From contig CALGZA010000036.1 of the NCBI GenBank assembly GCA_937934595.1, positions 7,637 to 71,636 of the forward strand: 64,000 nucleotides of DNA, written 5' to 3'. Below, one piece after another: positions 1 through 11,744 of this stretch. Position 1 is the stretch's first letter. Each line of letters starts with the position of its first letter. A program made the translations under genes and the position numbers. This DNA comes from an uncultured Verrucomicrobiales bacterium (GTDB taxonomy: Bacteria; Verrucomicrobiota; Verrucomicrobiia; Verrucomicrobiales; Akkermansiaceae). The notes beneath the pieces were generated by a model that had not been told where the DNA came from, searched no databases, and saw only the letters and a list, made by a program, of their open reading frames with translations.

Positions 1-1
1 C

Positions 2-814
2 GCCTACCTCCTATACAGCCTCTCATCAGACAGAAAAGACGCTCATAAAATGCAAAAACTACACCTCAGTAACATGGATGCAGCATACAAAGACATGCCA
101 GACGGACACGCCTGCGCTCTCATGGGATTCACCTGGGGACTCGCAGGCACTTTCGCATCAGACAAAACCAAACTCAAAAAGAAAGTCGCCAAATACTACA
201 AAGCATGGCTCAACATGGCCAGATGCCACGGCAGTGACTCATACATCACCCTCCCATCTCGTGACTACTCAGACTTCTCATACTACCGCGGAAACATCCG
301 TAACCACACCACAGCATCCGTCGCATTCATCTACAGCTTCTCAAACCCAGTCCTACAAATCACAGGCCTAAACATACCCAAAAACATTGCATCAAAAAAA
401 ACAAAACAACCAAAAGCACGTAAACTATCAAAAAATAACCAACGAAGACTCAACCAAGGACTCATCAAAGCACTCTCAGCACTAGACCAAAGAAACGAGC
501 TCAAAAAAGAACCCATCCAGCTATCTCGAGCCCGCACCAAAGTTTGGCTCGCAGCAGTAGACAGCTCCAAAAGCCTCACCTTCCAATCCATGGTTAACGA
601 AAAACAAGCAAGCTTTGGATTCAAAGAACTAAAAACCAACGATTACGCAAACCTAGCCACCCTGCTAGCAGAATTACAACCAGAAAATCAAGAATCACTA
701 GCCTCAGCCGGAGTCTACCACGAACTCCTCGGAGACACAAAAACAGCGCACACATACTACGACAAAGTAAACCCAAAAGTCCTAGAAAAAATAGACCAGT
801 TCTTTGAACAATAA
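2..814 (+). CDS. C-terminal part of a DUF6288-like secreted protein (5' end outside the window), ending in a short TPR-like segment
   Basis: Frame is open from base 2 (AYLLYSLSSDRKDAHK precedes the listed Met). GHACALMGFTWGLAG...WLNMARCHG aligns by eye with GHTGPYFGLFWTGLGA...WLRNGHRRWNG of the 28691 protein. Confidence 0.6.
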   Translation, partial: AYLLYSLSSDRKDAHKMQKLHLSNMDAAYKDMPDGHACALMGFTWGLAGTFASDKTKLKKKVAKYYKAWLNMARCHGSDSYITLPSRDYSDFSYYRGNIRNHTTASVAFIYSFSNPVLQITGLNIPKNIASKKTKQPKARKLSKNNQRRLNQGLIKALSALDQRNELKKEPIQLSRARTKVWLAAVDSSKSLTFQSMVNEKQASFGFKELKTNDYANLATLLAELQPENQESLASAGVYHELLGDTKTAHTYYDKVNPKVLEKIDQFFEQ

Positions 815-899
815 ACACCATAAAAACAACCCATCATACACCCCCAAAACCAAAAAAATAACACACCACACATCCAGAGCCAAACAAATAACAGGAATC

Positions 900-930
900 T
901 AATACCATTTGAACTGTTAAAATGGTATAA
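900..930 (+). mobile_element. 31 bp minimal (internally deleted) copy of the 211 bp MITE
   Basis: taataccatttgaactgtta-aaatggtataa is the left ~20 nt of the element joined directly to its right terminal 11 nt. Confidence 0.75.
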
Positions 931-1102
931 CCAGACCATCGTCACAAAAAATAAATCCATCAAGCCTAACAAACAATTAACTTAACCATAACATCACCCC
1001 TCCTGAGCCACAGCTCATGAACCAATAAAAAATACACAAGCAAGACTTTACAAAAGCGTACGAAATAGGCATATACCAATAAATTTACCGCACACCCGCA
1101 TC

Positions 1103-4100
1103 ATGCCTAAAGATACTTCGATCAAAAAAATTCTCGTCATCGGCTCCGGCCCCATTGTTATCGGCCAAGGCTGTGAGTTCGACTACTCAGGCGTCCAAGC
1201 CTGTAAAGCCCTCGCAGAAGAAGGATACAAAGTCATCCTCGTGAATTCTAACCCGGCCACCATCATGACCGACCCAGAATTCGCATACCGCACCTACATC
1301 GAACCCATCACTCCAGAAGTCGTCGAAAAAATCATCATCAAAGAACAACCAGACGCACTCCTCCCAACACTCGGTGGACAAACCGCACTCAACTGCTCCA
1401 TAGACCTCTTCAACAGCGGCACACTAGACAAACACAACGTCAAAATGATCGGCGCAAACGCAGACGCCATCGACAAAGGCGAAGACCGCCTCCGTTTCAA
1501 AGAAGCCATGCTCAAAATCGGGCTAGACCTCCCACACTCAGGTGTCGCACACACCATGGAAGAAGCACGCCAAATCGCCAAAGACATCGGCACCATGCCC
1601 CTCATCATCCGCCCAGCATTCACCCTCGGTGGCTCAGGCGGAGGCATCGCATACAACATCGAAGAATTCGAAACCATCTGCGCCCGCGGCATAGACCTCT
1701 CACCAGTAAACGAAATCCTCGTAGAAGAATCACTCCTAGGCTGGAAAGAATACGAAATGGAAGTCATGCGTGACTGCGCTGACAACTGCGTCGTCATCTG
1801 CTCCATCGAAAACCTAGACCCCATGGGAGTCCACACCGGTGACTCCATCACAGTAGCACCAGCTCAGACCCTAACAGACCGTGAATACCAAATCATGCGT
1901 GACGCATCATTCGCATGCATCCGCGAAATCGGAGTAGAAACCGGAGGCTCAAACATCCAGTTCTCAGTAGACCCAAAAACCGGCAGATGCATCATCATCG
2001 AAATGAACCCTCGCGTCTCTCGCTCATCAGCACTTGCTTCAAAAGCTACAGGCTACCCCATCGCCAAAATCGCCGCTAAACTCGCAGTCGGTTACACACT
2101 CGATGAACTAACAAATGACATCACACGCGTCACACCAGCATCATTCGAGCCCACCATCGACTACGTCGTTACCAAACTCCCCAGATTCACATTCGAAAAA
2201 TTCCCCACCGCAGACTCCATACTCACCACACAAATGAAAGCAGTCGGTGAAGCCATGGCTATCGGCAAAACATTCAAAGAATCCATGCAAAAAGCTCTCC
2301 GTTCACTCGAAACAGGAAGATCTGGATTCGGATTCGACGGCAAAAGCTACCAAAACCCAAGCCGTGAACGCATCGAACGTAAACTACACGTCCCAAACGC
2401 AGAACGCATATTCTGGCTAAAAACAGCATTCAGCAACGGCTGGACTGTAGAAGAAATATTCGAAGCCACAGCCATAGACCCATGGTTCCTCGAACACCTC
2501 AAAATCATCGTCGATGAAGGCAATAACCTCCCAAACATGGAACTCAGAAAAGCAAAAAAACTAGGCTTCTCAGACGTCCAAATCGCACACCAAAGAACCA
2601 AAGCAGGAAACCCATCCACACAAGATGACATCCGCAAAGAAAGACTAGAACAAGGAATCATACCCACCTACAGACTCGTTGACACCTGTGCCGCAGAATT
2701 TGAAGCATACACTCCATACTACTACTCAACATACGGAGACGAAAACGAAGCACGCCAAACTGATAAAAAGAAAATCGTCATCCTCGGAGGCGGACCTAAC
2801 AGAATCGGCCAAGGAATCGAATTCGACTACTGCTGCGTCCACGCATCCTTCGCTCTCCGCGAACTAGGATACGAAACAGTCATGGTCAACTCAAACCCAG
2901 AAACAGTATCAACTGACTACGATACATCAGACAAACTCTACTTCGAACCACTAACACTAGAAGACGTACTCCACATCTGTGACCAAGAAAAACCAGACGG
3001 AGTCATCGTCCAGTTCGGTGGACAAACACCACTCAACCTCGCCGCAGACCTAGAACGCCACGGAGTCCCCATCATCGGAACATCACCAAAATCAATCGAA
3101 CTCGCGGAAGACAGAAAATTCTTCTCCGCACTCCTAGACAAAATAGGACTCAGACAAGCAGAAGCAGGAACAGCAGTCACTCCAAACGAAGCAGTCACAA
3201 TAGCAGACCGCATCGGATACCCAGTCCTCGTCCGCCCATCCTTCGTCCTCGGAGGCCGCGGCATGATGATCGTATACAATGACATAGAACTCCGTAAATA
3301 CATCAGCGAAGCCGCAGACGTATCACCAGACAGGCCCATCCTCGTAGACCGCTTCCTAGAAGGTGCCGTCGAAGTAGACGTAGACTGCATCGCTGACGGT
3401 GAAACAGCAGTCGTAGGAGCCATCATGCAGCACATCGAACAAGCAGGTATCCACTCCGGTGACTCAGCATGCGTCATACCAGCTCCATCACTATCAGAAA
3501 ACATCACCGCCCAAATCATGAAAGGCGCCAAAGACCTAGCCCGTGAGCTTCAAGTCATCGGCCTCATGAACATCCAGTTCGCCGTCAAAGACGAAGAACT
3601 ATACGTCATCGAAGTAAACCCTCGCGCATCACGCACAGTACCATTCGTCTCAAAATCAATCGGAGTCCAACTCGCAAAACTAGCCGCTAAAGTCATGGTC
3701 GGCAAATCACTCAAAGAACTCGGATTCACAGAAGAAACTCTCCCCAAACACTACTGCGTCAAAGAAGCCGTCTTCCCATGGCCTCGCTTCCCAGGCATTG
3801 ACATAGTCCTCGGACCAGAAATGAAATCCACAGGAGAAGTCATGGGAATCGATGACGACCTCGGAATGGCATACGCAAAAGCACAAATCTCCGCATTCAA
3901 CCCACTACCAACCAGCGGAAACGTCTTCTTCTCAGTTAACGACAGAGACAAACCACAATCCATCGCCATCGCTAAAGAACTCGTAGACCTAGGATTCACC
4001 ATCTACTCCACCGGTGGAACCTTCAAGCTATTCCAGTCAGAAGGCATACCCGCCGAAAGACTCTACAAACTAGCTGAACAAAAAAGACCAAACGTCATGG

Positions 4101-4309
4101 ACATGATGAAAAACAAACAGATCAACTTCGTCATCAACACACCAAGCGGTCACGAAGCAAGAGAAGACGAAATCACCATCCGCTCCGGAGCAGTTACCAA
4201 TAAAATCTCTCACTGCACCAACCTCTCCGCAGCCATCGCATCCGTCAGAGCCATAAGATCACTAACAGAACAAGAACTAACAGTCACACCACTACAAGAC
4301 AGAGTATAG
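1103..4309 (+). CDS. carB: Carbamoyl-phosphate synthase large subunit
   Basis: [49 protein letters not shown], second-half [27 protein letters not shown] and a C-terminal MGS domain; 1068 aa. Confidence 0.99.
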   Translation: MPKDTSIKKILVIGSGPIVIGQGCEFDYSGVQACKALAEEGYKVILVNSNPATIMTDPEFAYRTYIEPITPEVVEKIIIKEQPDALLPTLGGQTALNCSIDLFNSGTLDKHNVKMIGANADAIDKGEDRLRFKEAMLKIGLDLPHSGVAHTMEEARQIAKDIGTMPLIIRPAFTLGGSGGGIAYNIEEFETICARGIDLSPVNEILVEESLLGWKEYEMEVMRDCADNCVVICSIENLDPMGVHTGDSITVAPAQTLTDREYQIMRDASFACIREIGVETGGSNIQFSVDPKTGRCIIIEMNPRVSRSSALASKATGYPIAKIAAKLAVGYTLDELTNDITRVTPASFEPTIDYVVTKLPRFTFEKFPTADSILTTQMKAVGEAMAIGKTFKESMQKALRSLETGRSGFGFDGKSYQNPSRERIERKLHVPNAERIFWLKTAFSNGWTVEEIFEATAIDPWFLEHLKIIVDEGNNLPNMELRKAKKLGFSDVQIAHQRTKAGNPSTQDDIRKERLEQGIIPTYRLVDTCAAEFEAYTPYYYSTYGDENEARQTDKKKIVILGGGPNRIGQGIEFDYCCVHASFALRELGYETVMVNSNPETVSTDYDTSDKLYFEPLTLEDVLHICDQEKPDGVIVQFGGQTPLNLAADLERHGVPIIGTSPKSIELAEDRKFFSALLDKIGLRQAEAGTAVTPNEAVTIADRIGYPVLVRPSFVLGGRGMMIVYNDIELRKYISEAADVSPDRPILVDRFLEGAVEVDVDCIADGETAVVGAIMQHIEQAGIHSGDSACVIPAPSLSENITAQIMKGAKDLARELQVIGLMNIQFAVKDEELYVIEVNPRASRTVPFVSKSIGVQLAKLAAKVMVGKSLKELGFTEETLPKHYCVKEAVFPWPRFPGIDIVLGPEMKSTGEVMGIDDDLGMAYAKAQISAFNPLPTSGNVFFSVNDRDKPQSIAIAKELVDLGFTIYSTGGTFKLFQSEGIPAERLYKLAEQKRPNVMDMMKNKQINFVINTPSGHEAREDEITIRSGAVTNKISHCTNLSAAIASVRAIRSLTEQELTVTPLQDRV

Positions 4310-4428
4310 CGAAACTTTAATACAAACCCTCCCACATGCTATCTAATATAATAATAAGCTCCATAAAGAACTTTTTATTTCATCAGCATAAACGCTTACT
4401 TAGTATTCACTGAAAAGCGACTAGCTCC

Positions 4429-5412
4429 ATGGAACTCAGCGTCTACATCCCTAACACTCCAACAAAGTCTGAGCTAAACTACCTCTCTAACCACCTAAGT
4501 GGAATAACCGCACTTCTAACAGGAAAAAACACACCTGATGTATTCCATGTCCTCGTCACAGGGCGCCCCACGCGTGAACAGCTTGAAACCAGCACATCAC
4601 TACACACACTCATCATCCCCTTTGCAGGACTCCCTGCAGACACCCGCGAGTTGATGAAAAACTACCCACACATAAAAATATACAACTCCCACCACAATGC
4701 CATCGCCACCGGAGAAATGGCACTTACACTGATGTTCGCCTGCGCACGCCTCATCATTCCCGCAGACAAATCATTCCGTAAACAAGACTGGTCTAGCCGC
4801 TATCAACCCTCCCCACAAATCATCCTCAACCAAAAAAACGCCTTAATCCTTGGTTACGGATCCATCGCTAAATCCATCACCCCAGCCCTTAAAGCACTAG
4901 GAATGAATGTCACAGGCATACGCCGCTCAAAAAATAACCCGGAAAAAAACATATACACACCAGAATACCTACACCAGCTACTCCCCCATACACATATACT
5001 TATTGTCACCCTGCCAGCCACTGATGAAACAACAGGCATAATAAACAAAAAAGAATTTGAACTACTCCCCAAAGGAGCCATCGTCATTAATGTTGGAAGA
5101 GCCCAAGTAATCGACCAGCACGCATTCTACAACGCACTCAAAACAAAACACCTCCACGCCGGAGCTTCAGACGTATGGTACCACTACCCCAGCTCTGAAA
5201 AACCTAACAGCAAAATAAATACCCACCCAGCAGACGCCCCTTTCCACGAGCTAAACAACATAGTCATGAGCCCACATCGGGCAGGGGCATTTGGAAATCA
5301 TGACGTAGAAAAAGCACGCTACGCATTCATCGCAAATCTGATCAACCTCATAGCAGATAACAAAAACAACCCACAGCTACCTCCACCAGTGTGTCTAGAA
5401 ACAGGCTATTGA
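4429..5412 (+). CDS. D-isomer-specific 2-hydroxyacid dehydrogenase family protein (NAD-binding)
   Basis: ILGYGSIA Rossmann motif, LPATDETTGII, INVGRA, AGASDVW and MSPHRAG are family motifs. Confidence 0.9.
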   Translation: MELSVYIPNTPTKSELNYLSNHLSGITALLTGKNTPDVFHVLVTGRPTREQLETSTSLHTLIIPFAGLPADTRELMKNYPHIKIYNSHHNAIATGEMALTLMFACARLIIPADKSFRKQDWSSRYQPSPQIILNQKNALILGYGSIAKSITPALKALGMNVTGIRRSKNNPEKNIYTPEYLHQLLPHTHILIVTLPATDETTGIINKKEFELLPKGAIVINVGRAQVIDQHAFYNALKTKHLHAGASDVWYHYPSSEKPNSKINTHPADAPFHELNNIVMSPHRAGAFGNHDVEKARYAFIANLINLIADNKNNPQLPPPVCLETGY

Positions 5413-5420
5413 TCACCAAG

Positions 5421-6416
5421 CTAATGTCGCTCACCGTGCTTAAATAAAAGCCATAAGAAAAAAGGACCACCCAAAAGCGCAGTTACAATGCCAACCGGTA
5501 TCTCAGAACTCACACTCACTGTCCTCGCTAACGTATCACACCACGTTAAAAACACCCCACCGAAGATTAACGAAGTCGGAACAAGCACTCTATGATTAGC
5601 GCCAAAAACTAACCGGCACATATGCGGAGCCATAATCCCCACAAACCCAATCGGTCCACATACAGTAATAATTCCAGCCACCATCAGTGATACAGCAAAA
5701 AACAAAACCACTCTAACACCATCAACATTCACCCCTCTACTAGCTGCTATCTCATCACTAACAGATAATAAATTAAGTTCACGCCGTAGATACATCACTA
5801 TCAATCCCCCACTCGCTACAAAGGGAAACACCTGCAGCACAGAGTCCAGATTAGCCCTTCCTATATCTCCCATCAGCCAATGAATAACCCGGAAAGAATC
5901 ACCAATATCCATCAAATATTGCAGCAACATAATCAAACTAGAAAAGAAAAAACTAATAGCCACACCTCCCAAAAGCATCGTCATAGGAGAAGACTTCCCA
6001 GAAGCCCTCACCAACCCATACAGCAACAATATAGAAAACACTGCCCCCCCCATCGCTGCCAAAGAAATACCACCAATACCCAAAATCGAAAAACTCAACC
6101 CCAGCTGAACCCATAAAGCCACTCCAAAAGAAGCCCCCCCCGCCACACCCAGTGTAAACGGAGTCGCCAACGCATTTCTAAACATCGCCTGAAACACCAC
6201 ACCACCTAATGACAAGCCCACACCAGCAAGAAATGCTAGTAACAAACGAGGAACCCTAATCTGCCAAAAAATAACAGCATCCAAGTCATCCACACCCATC
6301 GTAAAAGGACGCGCTAAAACGTCAAAACCAATAGACCTCTCACCCAGCCACGGAGTAACAAACACAGTCACCAATGCCAGAATTATTAAACACCATATCT
6401 TAACATTACCCTTCAC
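5421..6416 (-). CDS. btuC: Cobalamin/iron-chelate ABC transporter permease (BtuC/FecCD family)
   Basis: IRVPRLLLAFLAG, FRNALATPFTLGV, GPIGFVGIMAPH, EIPVGIVTALLGGPFF; last gene of the riboswitch-led operon. Confidence 0.92.
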   Translation of the reverse strand: MKGNVKIWCLIILALVTVFVTPWLGERSIGFDVLARPFTMGVDDLDAVIFWQIRVPRLLLAFLAGVGLSLGGVVFQAMFRNALATPFTLGVAGGASFGVALWVQLGLSFSILGIGGISLAAMGGAVFSILLLYGLVRASGKSSPMTMLLGGVAISFFFSSLIMLLQYLMDIGDSFRVIHWLMGDIGRANLDSVLQVFPFVASGGLIVMYLRRELNLLSVSDEIAASRGVNVDGVRVVLFFAVSLMVAGIITVCGPIGFVGIMAPHMCRLVFGANHRVLVPTSLIFGGVFLTWCDTLARTVSVSSEIPVGIVTALLGGPFFLWLLFKHGERH

Positions 6417-6418
6417 AC

Positions 6419-7255
6419 CTAACTAATCCCCCCCTCTCTATTCCTCACAGTCGGAACCACCATCCCACGCTCTGTATCAGGATGAGGAACTATCGTGAAA
6501 TCAACTCCAAACAAAGCACGCAGTCCATCACACGTTATAACCTCACTAGCTAACCCCTCCGCCACCACACGCCCATCCTTCATACCAAACACATAGTCAT
6601 AATCCATCGCTGCCCAGTTAAGATCATGTGTCACAGTAAGAATCGTCAAGCCACTGCTCTCAGCTACACCAGCCAAAAGCCGGTGAACCTCCTCACTCTG
6701 ACGAGGATCAAGATGAGCAGACGGTTCATCTAAAATCAATATCTCTGACTCCTGCGCCAAAGCCGCAGCCAGACACACCTTCTGCCTCTCTCCACCACTC
6801 AGTGTATGAAGCTTCCTATCAATAAACTTACTCATATCAACCCTCTGCAGAGCATCCATAGCCACACCCTCTCCTTCCTTATCCTGGTATCCAAATCCAC
6901 CCTCATAAGCATAACGACCCATCATCACAAAATCTAACACCGTAAACGAAACACTCGCATTCAACAACTGCGGAACATACGCAAGCTCCCTAGCAAGATC
7001 CACTCTAGAATACAAATTCACATCCCTACCATTCACCTCAACACGTCCAGAACTCGGCTTAACCAAACCCAGCAAACACTTCAAAACAGTCGTCTTCCCC
7101 GCACCATTAGCCCCCAAGATAGCCGTCATCGAACCCCGCTTCACCTTAAGAGAAACATCATCTAACAACCGCGACCTTCCAATCGAAAGCGAAACACCCT
7201 CTACCAAAATCGAATACTCTAAATCACCACTACCAGCTTTCAAATAATCTCCCAT
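6419..7255 (-). CDS. btuD: Cobalamin/iron-chelate ABC transporter ATP-binding protein
   Basis: Walker A GANGAGKT, signature LSGGERQ, Walker B ILDEPSAHLD, H-loop VTHDLN. Confidence 0.92.
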   Translation of the reverse strand: MGDYLKAGSGDLEYSILVEGVSLSIGRSRLLDDVSLKVKRGSMTAILGANGAGKTTVLKCLLGLVKPSSGRVEVNGRDVNLYSRVDLARELAYVPQLLNASVSFTVLDFVMMGRYAYEGGFGYQDKEGEGVAMDALQRVDMSKFIDRKLHTLSGGERQKVCLAAALAQESEILILDEPSAHLDPRQSEEVHRLLAGVAESSGLTILTVTHDLNWAAMDYDYVFGMKDGRVVAEGLASEVITCDGLRALFGVDFTIVPHPDTERGMVVPTVRNREGGIS

Positions 7256-7257
7256 AC

Positions 7258-8280
7258 CTATTCTATATCCCCCTCCTCAAAATGCTTTAAAATAGTAGAC
7301 TTCCGCTCCACCTTCACCCCATGAATACCCTCAGAAAAAACATCCAATGTCTTCAAAAAACGAGGCCCCGGTAGAAAATGCTCAGCCCCATCAGCTATAA
7401 CTACCCTCCTATTCTTAACCGCATCAAGCTCACCATAGACATTCCATAAGCCCTTTAACTCATCACGAGAACGCTCATTCACCACCTTCTTATTCACCAG
7501 ATCAATAATAATATCAGGATTAAGATTAATCAGATTTTCACGTGATAACTTAGGAAAAGCCACCGGCCCATCGTAAGCATTCACCCCACCTGCTATCTCA
7601 AGTAACTCACGGTGATAACCACCACTCCCACATACTATAATCTGCTCTGGCTGCGATACGTCAGTCGAATGATGAATACATATCAATACTCGCGGCCTCC
7701 CCCTTCCCTCTACACTCTCTCTTACACGTTCAATATGCTCCCTAATCTCATCACAGATCGCAGCAGCTCTCTCCTCATTACCACAAAGTTTAGCAATCTC
7801 AGAAAATGAAGACACTATCCCTTCCACACTCTCATGATTCACACTCAATGTCTTGATCCCTATCTCCTCAAACTTCTGAACCAAACTACGCTGACTCTCT
7901 AACAAAACAACATAATCCGGCTTCAAAATTAACATCTGCTCAAAATCCACATCCACCATCCCACCTATCTTTGGTAAGTCAGCCGCTGCCGCAGGATAAC
8001 TCGTATAACGGTTCACACCCACCACCTTGTCGCCTAGCCCAAGCGCAAACAACGTCTCCACATTGCTTGGAGACAAGCCTACCAGCCTCTCTGGAAACTG
8101 ACCAGCATCAGACCTCTTCTCCGCATACATCGCCGCCTGCTCAGCAGACCACCCCCTCACCCAACTCCTTCCCAAATGACTCAAAACAAACAAAACCAAC
8201 ACACAAACCACCACAAACCATCCACCAGAAGACAACCGAAACAGAGATTTATTAACAAACAATTTCATAAGTAATACCAA
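7258..8280 (-). CDS. btuF: Periplasmic cobalamin-binding protein (helical-backbone fold)
   Basis: RLVGLSPSNVETLFALGLGDKVVGV, ENLINLNPDIII, PGPRFLKTL; operon context. Confidence 0.88.
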   Translation of the reverse strand: MVLLMKLFVNKSLFRLSSGGWFVVVCVLVLFVLSHLGRSWVRGWSAEQAAMYAEKRSDAGQFPERLVGLSPSNVETLFALGLGDKVVGVNRYTSYPAAAADLPKIGGMVDVDFEQMLILKPDYVVLLESQRSLVQKFEEIGIKTLSVNHESVEGIVSSFSEIAKLCGNEERAAAICDEIREHIERVRESVEGRGRPRVLICIHHSTDVSQPEQIIVCGSGGYHRELLEIAGGVNAYDGPVAFPKLSRENLINLNPDIIIDLVNKKVVNERSRDELKGLWNVYGELDAVKNRRVVIADGAEHFLPGPRFLKTLDVFSEGIHGVKVERKSTILKHFEEGDIE

Positions 8281-9756
8281 TTAATCTCTAAGTGACGCAT
8301 AAACCTGATCCATATCAGTATGCTCTCTAACCAGATCAGCTAGCCTATCATACTGCTCCTCCTTAAATTCACCAATATCAAAATCCTGAAGTTCCTGATC
8401 ACTCACAGCGGCCACCATCTGCGCCACCACCTCACTATTATCAAAACAACCATGAATATAAGTACCCCACGTCTTCTCATTCTTATAATAACCATCCATC
8501 ACCCCATCCTCAAATTCACACAAAGGAGACGCCTCTGCACACTCACTCACACCCATATGAATCTCATAACCCTCACAAATCACAGCACCACCCCGGAAAT
8601 AAAACCGCCTCTGCAAAGTCACCTTCTCCTCAGATAATGTCGTCACAACGGGCAACAAACCCAACCCAGGCATGGACTCCAGCTCACCTTCAACATGGTA
8701 AGGATCTCGTATCTCCTCTCCCATCATCTGATAACCCCCGCACACACCATAAACAGCCACACCATTATCATGTGCCCTCAGAACAGCACCCGCCAACCCA
8801 GACTTCCTAAGCTCACCCAAATCCCCCATCGTATTCTTTGAACCAGGTAAAATAATAATATCCGCCGCAAGAATATCTTCCTCATCACTTGTATAATACA
8901 GATTTACCTCAGGCACCCGCTCCAGAGAATTAAAATCAGTAAAATTAGACATATGATGAAGCAGCACCACAGCCACATTCACCTTGCCTCTTCTTGCCCC
9001 ATGCCCCTTCAAACCTAAACAAACAGAATCCTCATCATCAATTTTAATGTCCCTAAAATAAGGAACCACAGCCACCACAGGAACACCTGTCATCTCCTCT
9101 AACATAGCACGCCCATCATCAAACAAGCTCATATCACCACGAAATTTATTAATAATAATCCCCTTTACCAGCTCTCGCTCCTCTACAGGTAGCAACTCTA
9201 AAGTTCCATAAACTGAACCAAAAACACCGCCCTTATCAATATCCGCTATCAAATACGTCGCCGCCCCAGCTGCCAACGCCACACGCATGTTCGTAATATC
9301 CCTATCTCGTAAATTCACCTCAGAAATACTACCTGCACCCTCAATCACCACAGGATTAAAATCCCGATCCAAAGAGCCATAAGACCTCATAACCTCACCA
9401 AATAACTCGTCACGGTCACCATCCCCAAAATACTCCGCAGCAGTCTGCACACCTATCGGCTTTCCATTCACCACCACCTGAGATGACGTGTTCGACATCG
9501 GCTTAAGTAACACAGGATTCATCTCAACCTGACAAGCAACCCCACACGCCTCAGCCTGTACTACCTGAGCCCGCCCCATTTCTAACCCATCAGCTGTCGC
9601 ATAGCTATTCAGCGACATATTCTGAGCTTTAAATGGAGCAGGCCTGTAGCCATCTTGCTTTAATATCCTACAAAATGCCGTATTTATTATAGACTTACCA
9701 ACATCTGAGCCAGTCCCCACAAACATGATCGGACGTAATCGCTCAGACTTCATCAT
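8281..9756 (-). CDS. cobQ: Cobyric acid synthase
   Basis: FVGTGSDVGKS, PFKAQNMSLNS, EMNPVLLKP, IEGAGSISEVNL, SNFTDF, GVCGGYQMMG, GTYIHG. Confidence 0.97.
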   Translation of the reverse strand: MMKSERLRPIMFVGTGSDVGKSIINTAFCRILKQDGYRPAPFKAQNMSLNSYATADGLEMGRAQVVQAEACGVACQVEMNPVLLKPMSNTSSQVVVNGKPIGVQTAAEYFGDGDRDELFGEVMRSYGSLDRDFNPVVIEGAGSISEVNLRDRDITNMRVALAAGAATYLIADIDKGGVFGSVYGTLELLPVEERELVKGIIINKFRGDMSLFDDGRAMLEEMTGVPVVAVVPYFRDIKIDDEDSVCLGLKGHGARRGKVNVAVVLLHHMSNFTDFNSLERVPEVNLYYTSDEEDILAADIIILPGSKNTMGDLGELRKSGLAGAVLRAHDNGVAVYGVCGGYQMMGEEIRDPYHVEGELESMPGLGLLPVVTTLSEEKVTLQRRFYFRGGAVICEGYEIHMGVSECAEASPLCEFEDGVMDGYYKNEKTWGTYIHGCFDNSEVVAQMVAAVSDQELQDFDIGEFKEEQYDRLADLVREHTDMDQVYASLRD

Positions 9757-9791
9757 TACAAATTAAAGTAAAATACTATAATAAATAAGCA

Positions 9792-11696
9792 CTACCAGTG
9801 TATCGTTGCTCCACCAAAGAAACCAAACCCACTACCAGGCCTAACATTCTCACCACCACCAAATGCAGGTGATATACTATGGTGATACTCTTTATCTAAT
9901 ACGTTATCAATCCTTGCTGAAAGTGTAACCTTATCATTCACCTTGTAATCAGTATACAAATTGACCAGCGCATAATCCGGCAGTGACTCACCAAATAACG
10001 CGCGGTGCCCCTGATAAGTAGAAGACATTCCAATGTTCCACTTCTCAGTCGCTTTGTAATTCACCCTCACACTACCTGTATGCTCAGGAAGAAAACTAGG
10101 AGCCACCAGCGTCTGACGGTTTAACCACGTATAAGAAAGACTCGCCGTCACACGCTCATCTAAAAACGAAGCCTTTGCAAACACCTCCACACCACTCGTC
10201 TCGTTTACCGCATCACGGTTGCCATATAGAGCTCCTGAATCCCACCCCAAATAATCAATCGTATTATCTATCCTAGTCTCGAAGTAAGTAGCTCCTAATG
10301 TTAATTGCCCATCATTGAACTCCTGCTCTACACCAAAATCCCAGCCCACAGACTCTACAGGATCCAGAACATTATTGGGTATTTTATTATAAACTTCATA
10401 ATACGTAGGCAACTGAAAACCACTACCCATACTCGCCCTAAATATCGTATTCGTAGCCTCTAGCTTATAAGATCCTGCCACCTTACAAGTAGTCACATCA
10501 TCCTTAAAACCATTCGCTGCATCCTCCTCATAATCCGTCCAGCGTAAACCACCAGATACATGAAGAGCATCAGTCACATCCCACACATGGTTCACATAAA
10601 GCCCAGTCTGCTTTCGCCTATTCCTACTAAGAAAAAGGTTTTTATACTCTGAATCCTCATAAGAAATACCTGCAGCTGTAGAATGTTGAGGTCCCCACAC
10701 CAGCGTATTATCCCAATAAGCTGCAAACTTATTAGCATCCGTACTGTAAGTCTTCATATCCCCTGCATTAGGATTATAGGTAGCATAGTTCTCATCATAA
10801 TAACCTAAAGTCAACTTCGATGACCATACATCACTCAAATCATACTCACTAAAAATAGTAGATAAATTAGAGTCAAACTCAGCATCAGAATTCCGCGGAT
10901 AGGACGGATCACTATACACAGGTAGCCTTCTCTGCGTATCTACTCCTCTTGTCGTTAAACCAAAACGTAACCTCTCAGATACATCATAGTCTAACCGCAA
11001 TTGATACGAATTAGAGTAAAACTCGCTATTGGGTAAATCATTATCAGTCTTCTCCCTCCCAAGACTCATTGAGTAAGACAGCTTACCACTACTCCCCTGC
11101 ATCCCAAAACTAGAATAATAAGAATCAAAAGATCCCGCCTCAAAACGTAAACTACCTCGGTAATCCCCAGCCCCCTTCGCCGTAGACAAACCAAGCACAC
11201 CAGATACAGAACTCGCTCCATACAGCACCCCCTGAGGCCCCTTTAAAACCTCTATCTTCGATAAACCTGAAGTACCACCAATGCCATAAAAAGTTCCAGT
11301 ACTAAACCCACCAGAACCATCCATCCTAAATCCATCGATGATCACACCACTATACTTACTAGCATTACCCCTTATAAACAGTGATGATGTAGTGCCTCGC
11401 TGACCAGATGATGTGTCAGAATTCACCCCAGGAACTAACTTCAAAGCATCATCCAGCTGCCTCACCCCCTCGCGGTCAAGTTGCACCGCATCCAAGATGC
11501 TAACAGAATTACCCACCTTATCTAGGTCAGTTTTTATACGAGTCGCAAACACAGTACTCTCCTCAAGATCCTGCACATCCTTATCCGCCTCAGCTCCAAC
11601 ACTAAGATTAAAACTTGATAACAATAACCCTCCTGCGCAAAAAGTGCGCAAGCCTACTCTCTCAATCTCATGTAGAGATGATTTTCTTATTTTCAT
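9792..11696 (-). CDS. btuB: TonB-dependent cobalamin receptor
   Basis: Plug motifs DALKLVPGV, SLFIRG, KIEVLKGPQGVLYGA; C-terminal RIDNVLDKEY...ATIHW; directly downstream of a cobalamin riboswitch. Confidence 0.9.
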   Translation of the reverse strand: MKIRKSSLHEIERVGLRTFCAGGLLLSSFNLSVGAEADKDVQDLEESTVFATRIKTDLDKVGNSVSILDAVQLDREGVRQLDDALKLVPGVNSDTSSGQRGTTSSLFIRGNASKYSGVIIDGFRMDGSGGFSTGTFYGIGGTSGLSKIEVLKGPQGVLYGASSVSGVLGLSTAKGAGDYRGSLRFEAGSFDSYYSSFGMQGSSGKLSYSMSLGREKTDNDLPNSEFYSNSYQLRLDYDVSERLRFGLTTRGVDTQRRLPVYSDPSYPRNSDAEFDSNLSTIFSEYDLSDVWSSKLTLGYYDENYATYNPNAGDMKTYSTDANKFAAYWDNTLVWGPQHSTAAGISYEDSEYKNLFLSRNRRKQTGLYVNHVWDVTDALHVSGGLRWTDYEEDAANGFKDDVTTCKVAGSYKLEATNTIFRASMGSGFQLPTYYEVYNKIPNNVLDPVESVGWDFGVEQEFNDGQLTLGATYFETRIDNTIDYLGWDSGALYGNRDAVNETSGVEVFAKASFLDERVTASLSYTWLNRQTLVAPSFLPEHTGSVRVNYKATEKWNIGMSSTYQGHRALFGESLPDYALVNLYTDYKVNDKVTLSARIDNVLDKEYHHSISPAFGGGENVRPGSGFGFFGGATIHW

Positions 11697-11744
11697 TTAT
11701 ATATATGGTTCCTACCCGTCTTACGCAGGTAATTGATCCAATAT

